DNA of 64,000 nucleotides from Candidatus Latescibacterota bacterium (GTDB lineage Bacteria; Latescibacterota; UBA2968; UBA8231): NCBI GenBank assembly GCA_965217585.1, contig OZ244561.1, positions 5,216,001 to 5,280,000 of the forward strand, read 5' to 3'. Shown piece by piece: positions 50,126 to 59,133 of this stretch (position 1 is its first letter; each line of letters starts with the position of its first letter). The notes under the pieces were generated by a model. It saw only the letters and a program-made list of their open reading frames with translations, ran no database searches and was not told where the DNA came from. The position numbers and the translations under genes were made by a program.

Positions 50126-50862
50126 GCGAAAACCTGCAACGCTTCTTGTGGACGGCGTACGACCGCTTGGGCGGGCTGGTGGGCTACAACTTGCTGTGGA
50201 GCGCGTTGAGCCTGCCTTGGATCGGCGGGGCCTACATGCTTTTGCAACTGGGGTTTGGGCTGGGTGGCTTGGGTCTGGCGGGGGCCGCGGTCTTAGCCGG
50301 TGTCCTGCTGTTGGGCGCACCGGCCACGGCAGTGCTTTTCGCGGCTGGGGCGGCTTGGGCGCGGGGTAGGGACTTCGGCTTGCGGGAGTTCTGGGCGGCT
50401 GGCCGCGCATTTTTTTGGCGCGCCCTCGCGCTGGGGTTGCTGATGGTCGCCGCGGTCGCGCTGGTGCTGGCCAACGTGGTTTTTTACCAGCGGATCGGCG
50501 GCTGGCTGGGGTTGCTTTTGGGTGGGCTGATGGTCTGGTTTCTGCTACTGGTGGGCATGGTTGCGGTGTATGTTTTTCCGGTGCTGGTCACCCAGGAGGG
50601 GTCGGTGTGGGCCACCGTGCGTCACAGCTTTCTCCTGTCGGTCGATAATATAAAGCTCTCGCTAGTTTTTCTACTGAGCGCAGGCTTGGCCTTGGGCCTT
50701 GGCGTCGCTTCTGGAGTGGGGTTGTTCTGCGGCGGCTTGGCGGCTTGGGCCTTGTGGGTCAGCGTCGGTTTTCGCGCACTCTTGCCCAAGTACACAGGCC
50801 AGTCTCTGCCTAGTGAGGCCCCGCGTCGGCTGCGCGAACTAATTCGCCCCTGGGAGGCTTGA
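50122..50862 (+). CDS. DUF624/YesL-like membrane protein
   Basis: Multiple TM helices; NLLW, APATA.LF, FW.....FFWRAL. Confidence 0.65.
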   Translation: MSENLQRFLWTAYDRLGGLVGYNLLWSALSLPWIGGAYMLLQLGFGLGGLGLAGAAVLAGVLLLGAPATAVLFAAGAAWARGRDFGLREFWAAGRAFFWRALALGLLMVAAVALVLANVVFYQRIGGWLGLLLGGLMVWFLLLVGMVAVYVFPVLVTQEGSVWATVRHSFLLSVDNIKLSLVFLLSAGLALGLGVASGVGLFCGGLAAWALWVSVGFRALLPKYTGQSLPSEAPRRLRELIRPWEA

Positions 50863-50865
50863 GCA

Positions 50866-52428
50866 TTGGACTTGCCCAAACTGGTAACGGGCCGCGAAAT
50901 GGCGGCGGTCGATCAGCACACCATCGCCGAGGCGGGCATCTCCAGCGCCGAACTCATCGAGCGGGCGGGTGCAGAGGTGGTTGCGGCCATTGCAGCGCGC
51001 TGGGACGGCTTGGCCGGTTTGCAGGCCGTGGTGCTGTGCGGCAAGGGCAACAATGGCGGCGATGGGTTTGCTGTGGCTCGGCTCTTGCGCGCTGGTGGTG
51101 GCTCGGCGCGGGTCTTCCTCGCAGCAGACCGCGCGGCGGTACAAGGAGCCGCAGCCGAGCACTTGCGGCGTTGCGAACAGGCGGGCTGTGCTGTCGAAGT
51201 GCTCGGCGAGGACTTGGCTCCGCTCGACGCGGCAGTCCAGGAAGCTGACTTGGTGATTGACGCGCTTTTGGGGACTGGGTTGCGAGGGGCACCTCGTCCG
51301 GCTATGGCGCACGTCATTGAACGCATTGCCGATTGCGGGAGGCCGGTAGTGGCCGTGGATGTTCCCTCGGGGGTCGAGGCCGACACCGGACAGGTCCACG
51401 ACGCAGCCGTTCAAGCGATGCTGACGGTGACCTTCGGATTGGTCAAAGTCGGGCAGCTATTTTATCCCGGTCGGTCGCATTGTGGTGCGCTGCACCTGGC
51501 CAATATCGGCTTCCCCGAGCCCATCCTGCGCGATGCGGTTGCCCAAGCTCTGCTGCTTTCCGCCGAGGGGCTGGGGCCGCTCGTGCCGCGGCGCCGTGGC
51601 GACGAGCACAAGGGAAGCTGTGGGGCGGTGGCGGTGGTCGCGGGTTCGGTGGGCATGACCGGGGCGGCCGCGCTGACGGCGGATGCCGCGCTTAGAAGCG
51701 GGGCCGGCCGCGTCCAGCTAGGGGTGCCCGCAAGTCTCAACGACATTCTCGAAGTCAAGCTCTCTGAGGTCATGACCCGGCCGTTGCCCGAAGTGCGCAA
51801 GCGGCGCTGTTTGTCGCTGCGGGCCTTGGGCGCGGTGCGCGCTATGTTGACGCGGGCCGATGTCTTGGCCTTGGGTCCGGGTTTGGGGCGCTATCGGGAG
51901 ACTGAGGAGTTGGTGAGGCGGCTGGTGTTGCAAACCGAGCTGCCCCTCGTTTTGGATGCAGACGGGCTTAGTGCTTTCGCCGGGCAAGCCGATCTGCTAA
52001 AGGGCCGTTCGGCACCGCTGGTCCTCACGCCCCATGTGGGCGAGTTCGCCCGCTTGAGCGGGTTGGACAAGCGGCGGATTGCCGACGCGCCCATGGCGGT
52101 GGCCCGCGACTTTGCCAGCGAATTCGGCGCGACGCTGGTGTTGAAGGGCGCGCCGACCGTCGTGGCCTTGGGCGATGGACGCGTGGCGGTCAACTCCACG
52201 GGCAATGCGGGCATGGCCACGGCCGGGTCGGGTGACGTGCTGACCGGGATCATCGCCGGGCTGATGGCCCAAGGGCTAGACGCGGAGACTGCAGCCTGCC
52301 TCGGGGTCTATGTCCACGGTCGGGCTGGGGATCGGGCGGTCGAACGGCTGGGAGAATGGGGGATGCGGGCGGGCGATATAGCCGACGAAATCGCCTTGGC
52401 CATGGTGGATACGGCGCGGTCTGCTTGA
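50866..52428 (+). CDS. nnr: Bifunctional NAD(P)H-hydrate epimerase/dehydratase (YjeF)
   Basis: CGKGNNGGDG, DALLGTG, VDVPSG, HKGSCG, LGPGLG, LDADGL, LTPHVGEF, ATAGSGDVL. Confidence 0.95.
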   Translation: MDLPKLVTGREMAAVDQHTIAEAGISSAELIERAGAEVVAAIAARWDGLAGLQAVVLCGKGNNGGDGFAVARLLRAGGGSARVFLAADRAAVQGAAAEHLRRCEQAGCAVEVLGEDLAPLDAAVQEADLVIDALLGTGLRGAPRPAMAHVIERIADCGRPVVAVDVPSGVEADTGQVHDAAVQAMLTVTFGLVKVGQLFYPGRSHCGALHLANIGFPEPILRDAVAQALLLSAEGLGPLVPRRRGDEHKGSCGAVAVVAGSVGMTGAAALTADAALRSGAGRVQLGVPASLNDILEVKLSEVMTRPLPEVRKRRCLSLRALGAVRAMLTRADVLALGPGLGRYRETEELVRRLVLQTELPLVLDADGLSAFAGQADLLKGRSAPLVLTPHVGEFARLSGLDKRRIADAPMAVARDFASEFGATLVLKGAPTVVALGDGRVAVNSTGNAGMATAGSGDVLTGIIAGLMAQGLDAETAACLGVYVHGRAGDRAVERLGEWGMRAGDIADEIALAMVDTARSA

Positions 52429-52453
52429 CATGTTTGGGGCGATGCTGTACTGT
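52425..52453 (+). promoter_or_regulatory. sigma70-type promoter
   Basis: TTGACA-17 nt-TACTGT. Confidence 0.5.
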
Positions 52454-52523
52454 GGAAATGGAACTGGGGTGTCGGGGTGGGCGCTTCTTGGCTTTTGCAC
52501 ATTTAATTTACAGAGCTTGCGTT

Positions 52524-53015
52524 ATGGCCGACGTCAAAGACGCCATTGAAGAAATGATCGAAGAGTCGTACTTGCTGGGGCTTTCGGAAGACGAGATCCT
52601 CGCGGATTTCAGCCGCTTTATCGATACCTGCTATACCGTTATCCAAGACAACGTAAAAAGTCGCGAAGCCCTCAGCCGCTTGGCCGAGAATTTGGCGCGG
52701 GAGAAGACCAGTACTCGCATCGCCGACCGCTCGGCTGATCCGGACGATGTCGCGATCAAGGACGCCCAGCGGGCCTGCGCCGAAAAAGCGGCGCGCCGCA
52801 AACGCATGGTCCTAAAGGCCATTGCCGACTACGACCCCCACCTCGTCCGCCTGATCAACGAGCAGCGCTTTCAGGTAGATCTCAAGGAAGTGTCGCGCCC
52901 CAAGCCCAAGGTCCGTCAGGGCCACGATTGGGAGCGCTATGGCCAGCTCTTGCTCAAGGCCGGCTGCATCACTGTGATCGCGCTCCTCCTGTTTCTCATT
53001 TACCTAAGGCTTTAA
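52524..53015 (+). CDS. Hypothetical protein with C-terminal TM helix
   Basis: Host-like codon usage; helical body; C-terminal AGCITVIALLLFLIYL. Confidence 0.7.
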   Translation: MADVKDAIEEMIEESYLLGLSEDEILADFSRFIDTCYTVIQDNVKSREALSRLAENLAREKTSTRIADRSADPDDVAIKDAQRACAEKAARRKRMVLKAIADYDPHLVRLINEQRFQVDLKEVSRPKPKVRQGHDWERYGQLLLKAGCITVIALLLFLIYLRL

Positions 53016-53119
53016 TCGCTTGCGTTCGGCTGCGAAGACTACTTGTACAGACAGCCTATATTTAGAAACCCCCATAGGGAGCAATTTGGATTCTAGATTC
53101 TTAAATCTTGGAGGGTACC

Positions 53120-53782
53120 ATGCCAATTATTATTCCTATTATTATTGCTGTAGCCGCACTTGCGATAGGGACAGGAACAGCGGTCGTCCTAAAATGGGAC
53201 GAAATTATGACAGCCCTCAAGGGCAAGAAGCTCGCTGTGCTTGGAGCGCGTAAGGTTGGGAAGACCGTATTGATTAAATATCTTACTACAGGTACTGTAA
53301 CGGAAGATTATAAGCAGACAAGGCGTCCTGAAAAGACCCCAGCTCGTCGTTTTAGGCTCGAAGATTTGGATTTGGCCATTAAGAAAAGCTATGATGTACC
53401 TGGCAAAGATCATTATAAGCAATGGAAAGATATTACTAAAGAGTCAGACATTGTACTATATCTCTTGCGGATAGATAAGTTGATGGAAGGTGATGAAATC
53501 ACAGAGGAGAGGATCCGAGGAGACATGGAGCTCATTAGCAGTTGGTTAGAGGAAAATCCTAAAAAGTTTCCTCTGTTTATCATTGGAACGTACTTTGATC
53601 GCTTGTCAGAAAGTAAAATTGAGGATTACCAAGATAGTGTACGTCAAATGCCTATATTCGAAACCATTGAACTACTCGCTACCAAAAGTGGAAGTGATGT
53701 AAGGGTCATATTGGGTAGCTTAAGATCGAAAAGGGACACTGAAGAACTGGTACATAATATATTTAGCCAGGTGATAGGATAA
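53120..53782 (+). CDS. Ras/Arf/Roc-like small GTPase with N-terminal membrane anchor
   Basis: SD GGAGG; hydrophobic MPIIIPIIIAVAALAIGTGTAVV; G1 GARKVGKT, G2 YKQT, G3 DVPG, G4-like IIGTYFD. Confidence 0.8.
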   Translation: MPIIIPIIIAVAALAIGTGTAVVLKWDEIMTALKGKKLAVLGARKVGKTVLIKYLTTGTVTEDYKQTRRPEKTPARRFRLEDLDLAIKKSYDVPGKDHYKQWKDITKESDIVLYLLRIDKLMEGDEITEERIRGDMELISSWLEENPKKFPLFIIGTYFDRLSESKIEDYQDSVRQMPIFETIELLATKSGSDVRVILGSLRSKRDTEELVHNIFSQVIG

Positions 53783-54405
53783 TGAATAACCTATCGTTTA
53801 GTGCCCAACATTTGGACAACCAGTCCCTCGATCCTATGAAGATCGGAAAAGATTTTCTTACCGAAGAGAAGATAGATGAACGCCAGAAATTGGCTGAAAA
53901 AATATCAGAAATTTCTCTAAAAGGCGAAGAGGTCTTTTCTAAAAATTCGCATTTTGCGTTTTTGTATCACGATAAATTTCTCTTAGAGACACCTTCGGAT
54001 CAGTTAGATGATGGTGGTAGAATCGCGCCTCTCCTTTGCTATGGTCACGTGCCAGACGAGCCTCGGGAATCGTGGTCTATTGAGGTGGTCGATTCTTTAG
54101 TCGTCTTTGCGAAGAGTATTAAAAGAACGGTTTCAGACGAAAGCCAAAGGGTGGCCCTTGAAGGAGTTCAAAAAATAGTTGAAGAAAGAAAGCGAAGGCG
54201 GAAAGTCGAAAAAATCTTAAAGCCGCTCGGGCTTGGAGCAGCAGCTATAGCTGTGTTGGCTTTGGTAATGAAGGGAAAGGGAAGGAAAGACAAAGAGATA
54301 GATAAAGAAATGGGTCGCCGAAACCAGAATTTAGCCTTGGGGATCATAGCTGTGTTAAGTCTCTCAAATGCCATACTGGCGGTGGTTATTTTGTCTAAAA
54401 AGTAA
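53782..54405 (+). CDS. Hypothetical protein with two C-terminal TM segments
   Basis: TAATG overlap with GTPase stop; D..GRIAP motif; hydrophobic LGLGAAAIAVLALVM and LALGIIAVLSLSNAILAVVIL. Confidence 0.75.
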   Translation: MNNLSFSAQHLDNQSLDPMKIGKDFLTEEKIDERQKLAEKISEISLKGEEVFSKNSHFAFLYHDKFLLETPSDQLDDGGRIAPLLCYGHVPDEPRESWSIEVVDSLVVFAKSIKRTVSDESQRVALEGVQKIVEERKRRRKVEKILKPLGLGAAAIAVLALVMKGKGRKDKEIDKEMGRRNQNLALGIIAVLSLSNAILAVVILSKK

Positions 54406-54475
54406 AATCAGTTTCAAGGTCCTAGCCTCATTTAGGCTGGACAAATCCACACTACTCAAAATCAGGAAAAAGATC

Positions 54476-55252
54476 ATGGCAGATAGCAAATGGCCGGACG
54501 AACCCTCTCGCCGCAAAGCTGTGTTTGTACTAGACCAGAGCGATATTGAGGCATTACGTTTAGATAAGGACGGCGCTAGCCTCTTACTCAATAAAGAAGT
54601 GCATGTACTTTCTGCTTTTTCGCAGGAGTCCAATCCAATCGTGCAAGAGCTAATTAACAGCGGGCTGGCGCGGCCAGGTGCTGTACTGATTCAAAGTCCT
54701 TTCGAGAAGGGTATCTACGAGAATTCGACGCAGGCGATGGAGCGTTTCGCACTAGACAAACATCTGTACTTTTCCACGTTATGTGGATATTTAGGTGCCA
54801 GCAAAGTTACCGTAGAGCAGATCGAACTTAAAACGAAAGATAAGAAGGAAACCTTGTCCATTGAAATCGAAGGTGCTTCCTCCGGACCCAGTGTAAGGAC
54901 TGACGTAAAAAATGAAGAGTTGGCTTCGCTCTACAACCGACTGGACTTGCAGGATACCTTCGTGGGAGGTTCACCAGATTTGCCAGAAGCAGAGAGATTT
55001 CTTAGAGAAACTGGGTTATTAGGTGACGCCAATATGCGCTCACTTCTCAAAAGCCAAGGGCCGATCAACCGGCTTACAAGCCGAAGGCTTAGGTTGAACA
55101 TAACAAACGAGACACAACGCAACCTTGATGTGTTGGTTAATTTTAACGCCTCCACTTTCTTCTCGCGGTTCTCATCACTGGAGGCTGACTACAATCGTCA
55201 TGTAAAAGAAAAGACAGAGTTCACTCTCACCGTCAGAGTAGATTTCCAATAA
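54476..55252 (+). CDS. Hypothetical protein with amphipathic beta-hairpin-like segments (possible pore former)
   Basis: Start MADSKW; LGASKVTVEQIE...LSIEIEG..SVRTDV; LDVLVNFN...LEADYN...FTLTVRVDF. Confidence 0.65.
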   Translation: MADSKWPDEPSRRKAVFVLDQSDIEALRLDKDGASLLLNKEVHVLSAFSQESNPIVQELINSGLARPGAVLIQSPFEKGIYENSTQAMERFALDKHLYFSTLCGYLGASKVTVEQIELKTKDKKETLSIEIEGASSGPSVRTDVKNEELASLYNRLDLQDTFVGGSPDLPEAERFLRETGLLGDANMRSLLKSQGPINRLTSRRLRLNITNETQRNLDVLVNFNASTFFSRFSSLEADYNRHVKEKTEFTLTVRVDFQ

Positions 55253-55265
55253 GGAGTCGCCTGAA

Positions 55266-55856
55266 GTGTCTGCCGATTTCTACGTCCACATTGTCGAATC
55301 GCCGTCGCCAGCAGAACTGCGTGATGGCGTCACAGAAGGCAGAGCGCTCTGCTCGTTCCTCGACATCGCCGGGATTCCATACTCGTATAGCCTCGCCGTT
55401 GATTTAGATCAGTTCCGCATAGCTATGACTAATAAAGTTGACGAAGCTATAAATGGATTTAGCAAACTCCCAATTCTGCACCTTAGCGTCCACGGGGGTG
55501 AAGGAGGAATTCAGCTTACGAATCAAGAGAAACTCTTATGGTCTGAGCTCGCTGATTACATTCATCCCATCAATAATAGACTCAATGGTAGACTCGACGT
55601 GTGCATGTCGTGCTGCGGCGGAGCGTACGGCGCACAAATGGCACAGGTCTTTCCAGATAGCCCTTATAATTGGCTTGTAGGCTCATTCGCTGATGTTGCG
55701 CTCCCAGACATTGCGTTGGCGTATTCTATCCTTTACCGCCGCGTCCACTGTGGCTACGAAAACTTGCTCGAGTTGATCGAAACGGTACGTGCCGCGTCAG
55801 GCATTTCCGATTTTGGTATATGGGATGGTAAGCGAATACAAGAGGAGTATCGCTGA
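55266..55856 (+). CDS. Standalone caspase-fold (CHAT-like) cysteine protease
   Basis: SD AAGGAG; catalytic-His motif ILHLSVHG and catalytic-Cys motif VCMSCC ~40 aa later; LVGS..V. Confidence 0.7.
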   Translation: MSADFYVHIVESPSPAELRDGVTEGRALCSFLDIAGIPYSYSLAVDLDQFRIAMTNKVDEAINGFSKLPILHLSVHGGEGGIQLTNQEKLLWSELADYIHPINNRLNGRLDVCMSCCGGAYGAQMAQVFPDSPYNWLVGSFADVALPDIALAYSILYRRVHCGYENLLELIETVRAASGISDFGIWDGKRIQEEYR

Positions 55857-55904
55857 CAGATCATGCACTATTTTGTCCGCGCCTTTCGCACTTGCTAAAA
55901 CTCC

Positions 55905-58900
55905 ATGCCCAAACGCACAGATATTCAAAAAATAATGCTCATCGGCTCTGGCCCCATCGTCATTGGCCAAGCCTGCGAGTTTGATTATTCGGGAACGCAA
56001 GCCTGTAAGGCGCTGGCCGAAGAAGGCTACGACATTGTCTTGGTCAACAGCAATCCGGCGACGATTATGACTGATCCAGAGGTGGCCGACCGGACCTATA
56101 TCGAGCCGATCACGCCGGAGATTTGCGCGCGGATCATCGCCGCGGAAAAGCCGCAGGCTCTCCTGCCAACGCTCGGGGGCCAAACCGCGCTCAACACGGC
56201 GGTGGCCTTGGCCGAAAGCGGAACCCTCGCCGAGCACGGCGTCGAGCTGATTGGCGCTTCACTCGAGGCCATCAAGATGGCCGAAGACCGCGAACTCTTC
56301 AAAGCCGCCATGGACCGGGCCGGATTGTTCATGCCTCGCGGGGCCTTCGTCCACAGCCTCGAAGAGGCCCACAAGCACCAAGCCGAATTGGGCTACCCGA
56401 CGATCATCCGCCCCTCTTTTACGATGGGAGGCTCTGGCGGTGGCGTGGCGTACAACGCCGAGGAATTCGAGCGGATCGTGCGCCACGGCCTCGACCTGAG
56501 CCCGATCGACGAGGTGCTGATCGAGGAATCGGTGCTCGGGTGGAAGGAATTCGAGCTGGAGGTCATGCGCGATCACCGCGACAACGTGGTTATTATCTGC
56601 TCAATTGAAAACTTCGACCCCATGGGGATCCACACTGGCGACAGCATCACGGTCGCACCGGCGCAGACCTTGTCCGACAAGGAATATCAGCACATGCGCG
56701 ACGCGGCCATCCGCATCATGCGCGAGATCGGCGTAGATACCGGCGGGTCCAATATCCAGTTCGCGGTCAATCCTACGGACGGCCGCATGGTCGTCATCGA
56801 GATGAACCCTCGGGTCTCGCGCTCCTCGGCGCTGGCTTCTAAAGCAACGGGATTTCCCATCGCCAAGATCGCCGCCAAACTGGCCGTGGGCTACAGTCTG
56901 GACGAAATCCGCAACGACATCACTCGCGAGACCCCAGCCTCCTTTGAGCCGACCATCGACTACGTGGTGACCAAAATTCCGCGCTTTACCTTTGAGAAAT
57001 TTCCCAGCACGCCGGATGTACTCGACACCCAGATGCGCTCGGTGGGAGAGACCATGGCCATTGGCCGCACCTTTAAGGAATCTCTGCAAAAGGGCCTGCG
57101 CTCGCTGGAGGTCGGCCGGGCGGGTTTTGGCGCCGACGGCAAGGACCTCAGCGCGGCCAAAGTGGCCGACAAGGAACTGCGCGAGAAATTGCTGCGTCCC
57201 AATTCCCAGCGCATGTCCTACCTCAAGCTGGCCATCGCCAAAGGCTACACCCACGACGATATCTATGGACTCACGGGCATTGATCCGTGGTTTCTCGACC
57301 AGCTCTACCAGCTTTTTGAACTCGAACAGCAGCTAGCGCGCGAAGACGTGCTCGCAGACGTTGTCTTGTTGCGCCGCGCCAAGGAGTGGGGATTTAGCGA
57401 CCGTCAGCTAGCGCATCTCAACGGCTGCGACGAGGCGAGCGTCCGCCGGCGTCGCCTCGAGTTAGGCATTCGCCCGGTGTACAAAACGGTCGATACTTGC
57501 GCCGCTGAATTTGAGGCCCATACGCCCTACCACTACTCGACGTACGACCGCGAGGACGAAGTGCAGCGCTCGACGCGCAAGAAAATCGCCATCCTCGGCG
57601 GCGGGCCGAACCGCATCGGCCAGGGGATCGAGTTCGATTACTGCTGCGTCCACGCGTGTTTCGCGCTGCGCGAAATCGGCTATGAGACCATTATGGTCAA
57701 CTCCAATCCCGAGACGGTCAGCACGGATTACGATACGGCCGACAAGCTCTACTTTGAGCCGCTGACGATCGAAGACGTGCTGCACATCGTCGAGCGCGAA
57801 GCCCCGGATGGCGTCATCGTGCAGTTCGGGGGACAGACCCCGCTGAACTTGGCGGCCGAACTAGAGCGCGAGGGCGTGCCCATTATCGGCACCTCGCCTG
57901 GCAGCATCGACTTGGCCGAGGATCGCCAGCGCTTCGGCCAGCTACTGAACGAGCTGGGCATCCGCCAGCCGGCGAATGGCATGGCCGCTAGTTGTGCCGA
58001 GGCGTGCGCGGTCGCCGAGCAGATTGGCTTCCCGGTCTTGGTGCGGCCTTCTTATGTGCTTGGTGGGCGGGCCATGGTCGTCGCCTACGATGTCGGGGGC
58101 CTCGAAACCTACATGAACGAGGCCATTGAGGTCGCGCCCGAGCGGCCCGTGCTCATCGACCGCTACTTGCAAGGCGCGGAGGAATTCGACGTGGATGCCG
58201 TGGCCGACGGGACGGACGTGGTCGTCGGCGGGATCATGCAGCACATCGAGCACGCCGGCGTGCATTCGGGCGACAGCGCCTGCGCCCTGCCGCCCTACGA
58301 CACGCCGGCTAAGCACATCGAGGCCATGCGCGAGTACACCCATGCGCTGGCGCGCGCCCTCGGTGTGATCGGCCTGATGAACGTGCAATACGCCGTCTAT
58401 CAAGGCGAGGTCTATGCGATTGAAGTAAATCCCCGGGCTTCGCGCACCGTGCCTTTTGTCAGCAAGGCCATTGGCCGCCCGCTGGCCAAGATCGCCGCGC
58501 GGGTGATGGTGGGGATGAGTTTGCGCAAGCAGGGCTTCACCGAGGAGGTCGTGCCCGCGCACATATCGGTCAAGGAGGCCGTGCTGCCCTTTATAAAATT
58601 CCCCGGGGCCGATAGCCTGCTGGGACCGGAGATGAAGTCCACGGGCGAAGTCATGGGTATTGGCCACGACTTTGGCACGGCCTTCCTCAAGGCGCAGATG
58701 GGGGCGGGTTCGCTGCTGCCGTCGTGCGGCCGGGTCTTTATCAGCGTGGCCGACTGCGATAAGGAGGAGGTCTTGCCGGTGGCCCGCCGGCTGCGCGCGG
58801 CCGGGTTCGAGCTGGTGGCTACGCAGGGCACGCGCGACTTCCTCAACAAGCACGACATCGCCGCAGAGCGGGTGCGCAAAATTCACGAGGGCCGCCCGCA

Positions 58901-59123
58901 CATCGAAGACGCGATCCGCAGCCGCCAGATCGACCTGATTATCAACACCCCCCTCGACGAGCCTTCTCACTACGACGACTTTGCGGTGCGTCGGGCCGCG
59001 GTTGTAACCGGCGTGCCCTACACCACGACAATGGCCGGGGCCCGGGCTGCGGCCGCGGGCATCGAGGCGCTGCAACGCGCCGAACTGGGCGTGCAATCCC
59101 TGCAGGATTACCATCGGGGCTAG
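55905..59123 (+). CDS. carB: Carbamoyl-phosphate synthase large subunit
   Basis: MPKRTDI...[17 protein letters not shown], two ATP-grasp domains, MGS domain. Confidence 0.99.
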   Translation: MPKRTDIQKIMLIGSGPIVIGQACEFDYSGTQACKALAEEGYDIVLVNSNPATIMTDPEVADRTYIEPITPEICARIIAAEKPQALLPTLGGQTALNTAVALAESGTLAEHGVELIGASLEAIKMAEDRELFKAAMDRAGLFMPRGAFVHSLEEAHKHQAELGYPTIIRPSFTMGGSGGGVAYNAEEFERIVRHGLDLSPIDEVLIEESVLGWKEFELEVMRDHRDNVVIICSIENFDPMGIHTGDSITVAPAQTLSDKEYQHMRDAAIRIMREIGVDTGGSNIQFAVNPTDGRMVVIEMNPRVSRSSALASKATGFPIAKIAAKLAVGYSLDEIRNDITRETPASFEPTIDYVVTKIPRFTFEKFPSTPDVLDTQMRSVGETMAIGRTFKESLQKGLRSLEVGRAGFGADGKDLSAAKVADKELREKLLRPNSQRMSYLKLAIAKGYTHDDIYGLTGIDPWFLDQLYQLFELEQQLAREDVLADVVLLRRAKEWGFSDRQLAHLNGCDEASVRRRRLELGIRPVYKTVDTCAAEFEAHTPYHYSTYDREDEVQRSTRKKIAILGGGPNRIGQGIEFDYCCVHACFALREIGYETIMVNSNPETVSTDYDTADKLYFEPLTIEDVLHIVEREAPDGVIVQFGGQTPLNLAAELEREGVPIIGTSPGSIDLAEDRQRFGQLLNELGIRQPANGMAASCAEACAVAEQIGFPVLVRPSYVLGGRAMVVAYDVGGLETYMNEAIEVAPERPVLIDRYLQGAEEFDVDAVADGTDVVVGGIMQHIEHAGVHSGDSACALPPYDTPAKHIEAMREYTHALARALGVIGLMNVQYAVYQGEVYAIEVNPRASRTVPFVSKAIGRPLAKIAARVMVGMSLRKQGFTEEVVPAHISVKEAVLPFIKFPGADSLLGPEMKSTGEVMGIGHDFGTAFLKAQMGAGSLLPSCGRVFISVADCDKEEVLPVARRLRAAGFELVATQGTRDFLNKHDIAAERVRKIHEGRPHIEDAIRSRQIDLIINTPLDEPSHYDDFAVRRAAVVTGVPYTTTMAGARAAAAGIEALQRAELGVQSLQDYHRG

Positions 59124-59133
59124 GAGACGGCCC

